Virus record (IMG/VR): IMGVR_UViG_3300034410_000302
Coordinates: 1-36,702 of that record
Length of the DNA stretch: 36,702 nt
DNA from: a virus
Lineage: Duplodnaviria; Caudoviricetes
Direction: 5' to 3' (one strand)
The position numbers and the translations under genes are program-made. Shown piece by piece: positions 8,987-16,087 of this stretch; position 1 is the stretch's first letter, and the number at the start of each line of letters is the position of its first letter. The notes beneath the pieces are model-generated. The model was not told where the DNA came from, ran no database searches, and saw only the letters and a program-made list of their open reading frames with translations.

Positions 8987-9223
8987 ATGGAAATTGAAAC
9001 TCTTCAAAATCTTGATAAGATGCCGTTAGACGACGCTCGTACAGCGGCAGTTAAAATGATTAGTCCAAAGACTAAACCACTTGTTCTTAATCGTCTTAAA
9101 AACGATATTGCAAAGGCTCCAAACTCCGGTGAAGTGTCTCGCATTATGTGGCAAGTCTATATGTCTGGTACTGGTCTTGGCATCATAGGATCGTCTTGGA
9201 AGAAGCATTTTCGCGATGCCTAA
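8987..9223 (+). CDS. hypothetical protein
   Basis: Tandem ORF with an AGGT RBS. Confidence 0.65.
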   Translation: MEIETLQNLDKMPLDDARTAAVKMISPKTKPLVLNRLKNDIAKAPNSGEVSRIMWQVYMSGTGLGIIGSSWKKHFRDA

Positions 9224-9824
9224 AAAATACTACCTCCCTGAACCGCTCATTCTTGAATTAAACAAGGATGAGCTTTCTCATATAGAAACAATGGCTAAAG
9301 AAATGTACTCTTGCGATGTACGTAGACGAGGACGTGATTACGATACCGTTTATGCTCATACAAAAGCAGGTGTTATTCTTGAATTTGCTTTAGTTCGACA
9401 AGGTGGTGTAATGAATCCTGCTGAGTTCGATCATACTGTTCCATCATCTCATAACTGGGATGTTGATTGGAAAGGCTTTAGATGCGAAGTAAAGAACTCT
9501 GCTGATCCAACACATAAACGTCACGTAACTAAATGGCTTACCATCTCAAACTATATGGGACAAAAGCTAGCGCGTAATAGAAAATTATATCCAAATTGTG
9601 TTGACATTGTAGTGTTTGGATGTTATAATAAACTATCAGAAAATACTTATGATGTACGTTGGAGATGTGTTGCACCTTTTAATACTATTCGTGAAAACCT
9701 TAAAAAATGCAATCCAGAGTTCGAAAACAATTGGCTTGTCGATCAGTACGGTCAAAACAAAATTAAGTTTTTCTACAACCACAAAGGTGATGAATACGCC
9801 GTCTATAATGAAAATGTTTACTAA
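9216..9824 (+). CDS. putative PD-(D/E)xK nuclease-fold protein
   Basis: A helix Glu (GVILE) followed by WDVDWKGFRCEVK gives the D...ExK pattern. Confidence 0.45.
   Translation: MPKKYYLPEPLILELNKDELSHIETMAKEMYSCDVRRRGRDYDTVYAHTKAGVILEFALVRQGGVMNPAEFDHTVPSSHNWDVDWKGFRCEVKNSADPTHKRHVTKWLTISNYMGQKLARNRKLYPNCVDIVVFGCYNKLSENTYDVRWRCVAPFNTIRENLKKCNPEFENNWLVDQYGQNKIKFFYNHKGDEYAVYNENVY
9601..9629 (+). promoter_or_regulatory. sigma70 consensus promoter inside a CDS, upstream of DUF5664/gp42/cd
   Basis: TTGACA (9601-9606), 17 bp spacer, TGT-TATAAT (9624-9629). Confidence 0.8.
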
Positions 9825-9836
9825 GAAGGATATACT

Positions 9837-10163
9837 ATGAAATTTGATACTGGCAAACCACCAATTAATCTTGTACCGTCTGAAGCTATTATTGCTGCAG
9901 CCGAAGTATTTGCATTTGGTGCAGTCAAATATGGCGAAAACAATTGGCGTAAAGATGTTAACAAGTTTCCATTGTCTCGTCATTACGCGTCTTTATCACG
10001 CCATCTCTTGGCTTGGAATGCAGGTGAAGATATCGATCCTGAATCTGGCCTACCACACACGCATCATGCTCTTACTCAGTTGATGATTCTTATAATGACT
10101 CAACGCGAGGCTACTGAGGACATAGATGATAGATTTAACAAAGAAACCGATTACAATAAATGA
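9837..10163 (+). CDS. dATP/dGTP diphosphohydrolase domain protein (DUF5664)
   Basis: KFDTGKP ... FGAVKYGENNWRK ... RHL ... GEDIDPESGLPH. AAGGA RBS. Confidence 0.85.
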   Translation: MKFDTGKPPINLVPSEAIIAAAEVFAFGAVKYGENNWRKDVNKFPLSRHYASLSRHLLAWNAGEDIDPESGLPHTHHALTQLMILIMTQREATEDIDDRFNKETDYNK

Positions 10164-10166
10164 TTT

Positions 10167-10301
10167 ATGATTATAAAAATTGAAATTCAGATCGACACTG
10201 AAAATAGAAATGATGTCGAAAAAATGCAAGAACTCTACAGAATTGTAGAAGACCTAGAACAAAGTTCAAATGAAGGATACCAATATGACGATGAAAGTTA
10301 G
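10167..10301 (+). CDS. small acidic hypothetical protein (44 aa; not in ORF track)
   Basis: MIIKIEIQIDTENRNDVEKMQELYRIVEDLEQSSNEGYQYDDES fills the gap between DUF5664 and gp42. Confidence 0.55.
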   Translation: MIIKIEIQIDTENRNDVEKMQELYRIVEDLEQSSNEGYQYDDES

Positions 10302-10998
10302 TGACGTACGTGAATATTTCAAAAGCGAATTAGCTGCTGAAAGATTTACTACTGATAAAACTGGTGCTAAAACTATTGAGATGCTTGGTGCATCTTTTAT
10401 TGCTGACGAAGAATCAATCTTCGGTAAGCCTGCTCCAAAGTATATTCAAGCTGAATTAGATTGGTATGAAAGCCAATCAACGAATATTAATGATATTCAC
10501 GGTGATGAAAAAGAACCACCACAAGCTTGGCAATACTCAGCAAATGATGCTGGCGAAATCAATTCAAACTATGGCCATATCGTATATTCCGATAAGTATT
10601 TCAATCAATTTAATAAAGCCTTTGCTGAACTATGGCGTAATCCTGATAGCCGTCGCGCTCAAATGGTTTACAATCGTCCAAGCATATGGGTTGAATTCAA
10701 CGAAAACGGCAAGTCAGATTTTATCTGTACTAATGCTCAAACGTTCTATATTCGTGACAATAAGTTACATATGGTATCTCAAATGCGATCAAACGATGTA
10801 GTCTTTGGCTACAAAAATGATTATGCGTGGGCTCAATATCTTATGGATAAGTTTGTTACTGAATGGAATAATGCTGCTAATGAATTTAACGTAAGTACAA
10901 CTGTGCCTGATCCTATTCAAACTATTACTAAAGGCGATCTTATCTGGCAAGTAATGAACTTACACGTCTATGACCGTCACTTCAACTTGGTAGATTAA
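10285..10998 (+). CDS. 42: dCMP hydroxymethylase (T4 gp42-like, thymidylate synthase superfamily)
   Basis: DKTGAKTIE, EINSNYG, NPDSRR, DFICTN (catalytic Cys), MRSNDVVFGYKND and LHVYDRHF. Asp sits at the specificity position, where ThyA has Asn. The ATG at 10285 follows AAGGA. Confidence 0.9.
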   Translation: MTMKVSDVREYFKSELAAERFTTDKTGAKTIEMLGASFIADEESIFGKPAPKYIQAELDWYESQSTNINDIHGDEKEPPQAWQYSANDAGEINSNYGHIVYSDKYFNQFNKAFAELWRNPDSRRAQMVYNRPSIWVEFNENGKSDFICTNAQTFYIRDNKLHMVSQMRSNDVVFGYKNDYAWAQYLMDKFVTEWNNAANEFNVSTTVPDPIQTITKGDLIWQVMNLHVYDRHFNLVD

Positions 10999-10999
10999 A

Positions 11000-11557
11000 A
11001 TGAGTAAAATGGGCGCATATGTTCTTGATCAACAAATCGAAGAATACGAATCGTACCACAATTATATGGGAAGAAGAATGAGAGAAGCAGATCGTTACGA
11101 GTACGACAGAGATCAAAAATGGCATAATCGTTTTATGGATATGGCTTTGCTTATAGCCGACTGGAGCAAAGATCCATCAAGTAAAATTGGTGCAGTTGCT
11201 GTTAATGATGAACGTCGTATTCTTGCTACAGGTTACAATGGCTTTCCAAAGGGTATTGAAGATACTCCTGAACGTTTAGCCAATCGTCCTGAAAAGCATC
11301 AATTAGTTATCCATGCTGAAATGAATGCACTTATGAATGCGTTGTACTCAGGCGTAAGCCTTAAAGGTGCAACTATGTATGTGTATGGATTACCTATTTG
11401 TCCTGATTGCGCTAAATGTGTAATACAAGCTGGTGTTAAACATGTTGTTATACCAACTGATAAGACCGACAAAGGCGAATGGCAAAAGGTATGGGAAGAA
11501 AAAAGTTTACCAATGTTCAAAGAAAGTGGTGTTAAAGTTACAGTACTCGGTATGTAA
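11000..11557 (+). CDS. cd: dCMP deaminase
   Basis: [24 protein letters not shown] and ICPDC zinc motifs. Confidence 0.9.
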   Translation: MSKMGAYVLDQQIEEYESYHNYMGRRMREADRYEYDRDQKWHNRFMDMALLIADWSKDPSSKIGAVAVNDERRILATGYNGFPKGIEDTPERLANRPEKHQLVIHAEMNALMNALYSGVSLKGATMYVYGLPICPDCAKCVIQAGVKHVVIPTDKTDKGEWQKVWEEKSLPMFKESGVKVTVLGM

Positions 11558-11559
11558 TT

Positions 11560-11895
11560 ATGTCGTATCTTGTAACTGACAACTGTGTTAAATGTAAACA
11601 CACCACATGCGTATCAGTTTGTCCTGTAGATTGTTTCTACGAAGGAGATGATATGTTAGTAATCAATCCAGATGAATGTATCGATTGTGGAGTCTGCGTA
11701 CCTGAATGTCCTGTTGATGCTATTGTAGCAGACGTTGATTTACCAGAACCAGAAAGAATCATTTGGATGGAAAGAAATGCTAAATATAGTCAGATATGGC
11801 CGAACATTGATGAAGAAAAAGCACCTAAAGAAGATGCTTATGAGTGGGAAAATATTCCACATAAATTTGAAACACACATCGAAAAAGTTTCATAA
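11560..11895 (+). CDS. fdxA: 7Fe ferredoxin (FdxA type)
   Basis: [21 protein letters not shown] and [21 protein letters not shown], with the FdxA-type C-terminal extension. Confidence 0.9.
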   Translation: MSYLVTDNCVKCKHTTCVSVCPVDCFYEGDDMLVINPDECIDCGVCVPECPVDAIVADVDLPEPERIIWMERNAKYSQIWPNIDEEKAPKEDAYEWENIPHKFETHIEKVS

Positions 11896-11928
11896 ATACA
11901 ATCGTCCGGAAAACATTAAAGTTTTTTG

Positions 11929-11957
11929 TTGACATTTTTTGAAAACCGTGTTATAGT
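11929..11957 (+). promoter_or_regulatory. sigma70 promoter for the inositol-phosphate synthase operon
   Basis: TTGACA (11929-11934), 17 bp spacer, TGT-TATAGT (11952-11957). A late-type ATAAATA also lies at 11892-11898. Confidence 0.8.
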
Positions 11958-12043
11958 ATATCTATACACAAAGTATATAATAGTGAGCTACTCTGATCCA
12001 GTCAAAAAACTCACGTTAATAAACTGATATAAAGGAGACTAAT

Positions 12044-13339
12044 ATGTCAAAAATTAAAGTAGGCGTCATCGGCGTCGGTAATTGTGCTCAATCCCTTGTT
12101 GAAGGTATTCAGTACTATAATGAAAATCCCAACGATCATGTAGGACTTATGTATCCAGATATTGGAGGATATAGTTCAAGTGATGTTGAATTCGTAATTG
12201 GCTTTGATGTCGATAGACGTAAAGTAAATCGCCCACTCATCGAAGCGCTACGTGCTAGACCAAACTGTGCTATGAATCACGTTGAAGAATTGCTCGAGTC
12301 TGGTAATAATACTCCAGGTTGTGTTACTCCTGGTGCAATGGTTTATTCAAGTCCAACCCTTGACGGTGTTGCAGAATGGATGGATTACTACCCTGAAGAA
12401 GTTTCATTTAGAACAGGTGCAGAAGAAGCTAAATCATTTGATGATATCGTACAGCTTATTAAGGATACAGGTACAGAAGTTCTTGTTAACTACTTACCAG
12501 TTGGTTCTGAAAAGGCAACGCGTTTTTATCTCGATGTAGCTTTAAAAGCAGGAGTACACTTTGTTAACTGTATTCCAACACTGATTGAAACTAAAGAAAC
12601 ACAACAAATTGAACAAAAGTTTATCAATGCAGGTCTTACCTTCGTTGGTTCAGATATGCGTTCAGCTTGGGGTGCTTCAAGATTGTCTGAAGTTTTACAA
12701 GGCGCAATGATTGATGGTGGTTTGCATGTAACTTATCACACTCAAACAAATCGTATTGGTGGTGCAACTCAAGGTCGCGAACATATTCGTAACGGTGTTA
12801 CATCAAATACAGACTTTATTAATATGGCTGAAAAAGAACGTCTACACAATAAGCATATCTCAAAAGAGAATGTTTTGAAAGGACAGAATACTGTTCGTGG
12901 AGTTAATTATGCTGGTGATACATTGTATGCCGGTCCATCATTAACTGTTCTACAAAAACCAGGTGGTGACTATGTTGGATCTGATAATAAGATTGCAGAT
13001 CTCGATATTGTAGCATTCGGATTTGGTGGAGCTCGTTATACATTACAAGCTAGACTATCTTGCCAAGACTCACCAAACTCTGGTGGTGTGGTTATTTCAG
13101 CAATTCGATTCTGTCGAGTGGCGTCTGAAATGGATATTGTTGGTATTCTTCGTGGACCAAGTGCTTATACACAGAAAACTCCACCGGTACAGCTTACAAC
13201 GGCTGACGCAAAGTTTGAATGTGATGCATTAGCTCGTAGAGAACTTACAAGTATGACAAGACCACAACTTGCATCAGCTAAGCCTAAGGCAAAAGAACTA
13301 CCATATACTTACCAGGACGGAAAGACTGATTATGAGTAA
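12044..13339 (+). CDS. ino1: inositol-3-phosphate synthase (myo-inositol-1-phosphate synthase, bacterial Ino1 type)
   Basis: NAD-binding IGVGNCAQSLVEG, then VNYLPVGSE, FVNCIP, NTDFINM, KHISK, DNK, DSPNSGG and QKTPP. AAGGAG RBS. Confidence 0.88.
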   Translation: MSKIKVGVIGVGNCAQSLVEGIQYYNENPNDHVGLMYPDIGGYSSSDVEFVIGFDVDRRKVNRPLIEALRARPNCAMNHVEELLESGNNTPGCVTPGAMVYSSPTLDGVAEWMDYYPEEVSFRTGAEEAKSFDDIVQLIKDTGTEVLVNYLPVGSEKATRFYLDVALKAGVHFVNCIPTLIETKETQQIEQKFINAGLTFVGSDMRSAWGASRLSEVLQGAMIDGGLHVTYHTQTNRIGGATQGREHIRNGVTSNTDFINMAEKERLHNKHISKENVLKGQNTVRGVNYAGDTLYAGPSLTVLQKPGGDYVGSDNKIADLDIVAFGFGGARYTLQARLSCQDSPNSGGVVISAIRFCRVASEMDIVGILRGPSAYTQKTPPVQLTTADAKFECDALARRELTSMTRPQLASAKPKAKELPYTYQDGKTDYE

Positions 13340-13790
13340 AAGAAACGCATTTGCTGAACATGATAAACCACCATCAAAATTAATTAATTCTTACGATATT
13401 GATGGTGTAATCTTTATGGGTGATAAGTTTACTGGTGTAAACCCTGGCCCTGATGATATTATCATTACTGGTAGATCTAAAGATGATCGCGCAGAAACTG
13501 AATCGATGCTCCTTTCGAGGGGCATCACTAATCCTCTTTATATGAACAATAAGCCTGGAGATTTTAATGATCGTAGGCAGTCAGGTTTACATAAAGGTAT
13601 GACTTTGTTCTACTTAGAGCAAATGGGATATCGAATTGGATGTCACTTTGAAGATGATCCAATTCAAATCGAGGCGATTGAACAAATGATGCCACATATA
13701 AACGTCGTACACCTTAAGCATGATTTAGTTGATAAAGGTGTTGACACTCACGAAAATGTAGTTTATAATCAAACTATTCCATCATACTAA
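13332..13790 (+). CDS. HAD-superfamily phosphatase (capless type)
   Basis: Motif I YDIDGV, motif II IITGRS, motif III HK and motif IV FEDD. The start at ATG 13332 overlaps the ino1 stop. Confidence 0.8.
   Translation: MSKRNAFAEHDKPPSKLINSYDIDGVIFMGDKFTGVNPGPDDIIITGRSKDDRAETESMLLSRGITNPLYMNNKPGDFNDRRQSGLHKGMTLFYLEQMGYRIGCHFEDDPIQIEAIEQMMPHINVVHLKHDLVDKGVDTHENVVYNQTIPSY
13741..13769 (+). promoter_or_regulatory. sigma70 consensus promoter inside the HAD gene, upstream of three DNA-modification genes
   Basis: TTGACA (13741-13746), 17 bp spacer, TATAAT (13764-13769). Confidence 0.85.
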
Positions 13791-13800
13791 TAGGTGATAA

Positions 13801-14973
13801 ATGATTGATGCGACCGGAACAAAATTTGACGAAGCTGATGGCTTTCAGTCAATGCACGCAGATTATCCTTTGGATAAGTATTTTTCTATGTGCGACGTTG
13901 AAAAGTTTAGAGACTTCAAATATTTTGTAGAACAAGTTAACCTCAGAGCTGAATGGCAAAAAGGACTTGCCGAGTCGTATGAATTTGAGGAATATGCTCT
14001 TAATCCTGATACAGAGTATTTCCACCCTATGATTACATATGATGATCGTATGGTTTATATAGCAGAAAACATCGTGGGATTATCTGATGATGATCTCTCG
14101 ATGTATAACAAAATTGGTAATACTATTATCTCTCACTTTTATGGAGCTCGTGGTATTCACCAAATTTGTACACGTACTAATGATGTTAAAAAAGCACATG
14201 TCGATTTTGAAAACTATTTTACCTCTGGTGAAAGAGAACGAATTCGATATAACTTGACTCTTGCAAGACCTGCTGGACTCGCTATATACGGTTCTACAGA
14301 ATTGCGTACTTCTCTATGGGGTGCAGCAAACAAGTACCAACGCGAACGGTTTGGTGATGATTTAGAAGAAGGTACTAATGCTAAACATCCTGGTAACGTG
14401 ATGGATTGGGTTGCCGGTCTTGGTGAAGACGGTATGTTTGAACGCTTAATGAATTGCGAAACTATTAGTGATGCATTCAAAGAGCTTACTTCGCACGAGG
14501 GCATAGGAAACTATTATGGATTTCACTGTTCTACTTCGAACTCTGTTAACCCTGGCCTCAAATGGACAAATGATGATAACTTTGTCAAGCCAGGACCGGG
14601 AGCCCAATACACTTTACGACTACTCTTTCCAGATGCGCCAAACAGCGTAATTAACTCTGGTGATTTGGTTGTATGGTTTAGACACAATCAAAACTTCTTT
14701 GGATTTGATAAAATTAAAATACATGAATCAGCTCATAACGTCTTAGATTATAAAGGCGATAAAATGCTGCAAAAAGACCAAACTGAAATGATGACTTATG
14801 GTTCTGAAGTTGGAATGTGTCAATACGGTATCTTCTGTAAACTACGTAACGATCGTAAAGCATGCGATAGACGAGTAGTTACACGTGCAGGAGATAAGGA
14901 CATTGAAAAAATGCTAAATATAGCTGAGATGAACTTAAAACCACAACCCTCTCTTGAAGAATTTTTTATATAA
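13801..14973 (+). CDS. DNA base hypermodification protein, aGPT-Pplase1 / 5hmdU DNA kinase helical-domain-like
   Basis: HhH-like ELTSHEGIGNYYG, then DDNFVKPGPGAQYTLRLLF and EVGMCQY, resembling the family GPGA...ExxLCE pattern. The C-terminus is SLEEFFI. Confidence 0.6.
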   Translation: MIDATGTKFDEADGFQSMHADYPLDKYFSMCDVEKFRDFKYFVEQVNLRAEWQKGLAESYEFEEYALNPDTEYFHPMITYDDRMVYIAENIVGLSDDDLSMYNKIGNTIISHFYGARGIHQICTRTNDVKKAHVDFENYFTSGERERIRYNLTLARPAGLAIYGSTELRTSLWGAANKYQRERFGDDLEEGTNAKHPGNVMDWVAGLGEDGMFERLMNCETISDAFKELTSHEGIGNYYGFHCSTSNSVNPGLKWTNDDNFVKPGPGAQYTLRLLFPDAPNSVINSGDLVVWFRHNQNFFGFDKIKIHESAHNVLDYKGDKMLQKDQTEMMTYGSEVGMCQYGIFCKLRNDRKACDRRVVTRAGDKDIEKMLNIAEMNLKPQPSLEEFFI

Positions 14974-14983
14974 GGTAAATATT

Positions 14984-16087
14984 ATGAAATCAGTTATTGC
15001 AGCTCCTTTTATTCCAATGTCGTTTCAGACAAGCAGCCACAGAGCAGCTCAAGGAATAATCTATGCCGACTTATTAAAACATTATCATACAGATAATATC
15101 CATGCTAGCTTATCGCGCCCATCTGTACAGGGTGAGGGTGCTAAAGAAGCAAACAAAACTGAAGACTTTAATGAATACGATAGACTTTATATCTATCACG
15201 GTAACGATCGTAAAGCAGAATCTACAGATCTTAACTTCTTTGGTGGTACACGTAACTTTCCACATGCATATAATATTCGAAACATATCACGTTTTAAAGG
15301 AGAAGTATATTCTTTAGAAATGGATATGCCTGATTATGCTACGATGCTTGAAAACAAATTCAATGGTCATAAGCGTAAAGATGGAACGCTTGATACTATG
15401 GTACCAGAGTTTCTTCAGGTAGATATTGATAATTTACGTAAAATGCAGGAAAGAGCAATTACACTTAAACCACAACATCCTACTTGGGATAAGCTTTGTA
15501 TTGGCGATAGTCATGCGATTTGTATGTACCGTGAAGGATGTAATGTTAATTCAGTACCATTTAAAACTCTATATGGCGCTTTAGAGATGGGTCTTGAAAA
15601 ATTCATAAATAAAGATAATGTTAAACATATCGAGTGCTACTTTGGTAACATCGATATTCGACATCATTTATGCCGACAAGACGATACTAAACAAGCAATA
15701 CGAGATATTGTTGATCGTTATATAGAACAAGTCGGCGCTTTGGATATGGAAAGTAAAGTGATTTATGAACTACTCCCCATCGAAAACGAAAGACGTAATC
15801 TGCCAAAAAGCGGTTGGTATATGGGTGAGAAGTTTTATGGTTCTTGGGCTGAAAGAAATGATGCAAGACTCTATTTTAAAGAGTACGCAATGCAAAAGGT
15901 TCAAGGTACAGGTATTGAATTTCGCGAATGGCTTACACCAAGCTATTATAATGAACTTGGAGAGCTTGATTTTAAAGCTATGGAAAAACCAAAATCTGTC
16001 CATCTATCACGTGAATACTATCCTTATTGGCAAGGATTGGAATACAATAATATTAAGAAAACAAGCTTAGAGGACTTTTTTGCATGA
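14984..16087 (+). CDS. conserved T4-like phage protein with GDSH motif; candidate DNA sugar/polyol transferase
   Basis: CIGDSHA, KTLYGAL, YFGNIDIRHH and KPKSVHLS (SGNH-like pattern). The C-terminus is SLEDFFA. Start moved to ATG 14984 after AAGGT. Function is inferred from context. Confidence 0.45.
   Translation: MKSVIAAPFIPMSFQTSSHRAAQGIIYADLLKHYHTDNIHASLSRPSVQGEGAKEANKTEDFNEYDRLYIYHGNDRKAESTDLNFFGGTRNFPHAYNIRNISRFKGEVYSLEMDMPDYATMLENKFNGHKRKDGTLDTMVPEFLQVDIDNLRKMQERAITLKPQHPTWDKLCIGDSHAICMYREGCNVNSVPFKTLYGALEMGLEKFINKDNVKHIECYFGNIDIRHHLCRQDDTKQAIRDIVDRYIEQVGALDMESKVIYELLPIENERRNLPKSGWYMGEKFYGSWAERNDARLYFKEYAMQKVQGTGIEFREWLTPSYYNELGELDFKAMEKPKSVHLSREYYPYWQGLEYNNIKKTSLEDFFA

Noticed and set aside
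9837-10163. 2-aminoadenine (Z) or 7-deazaguanine genome suggested by DUF5664
   Set aside because: No PurZ, DatZ, FolE/Que or DpdA gene is in the window, and the neighbours point to cytosine modification.
10285-10998. Calling this gene thymidylate synthase (thyA) or dUMP hydroxymethylase
   Set aside because: The specificity position is Asp (FGYKND), not Asn, and the N-terminal motifs follow T4 gp42. A dCMP hydroxylase variant cannot be fully excluded without an assay.
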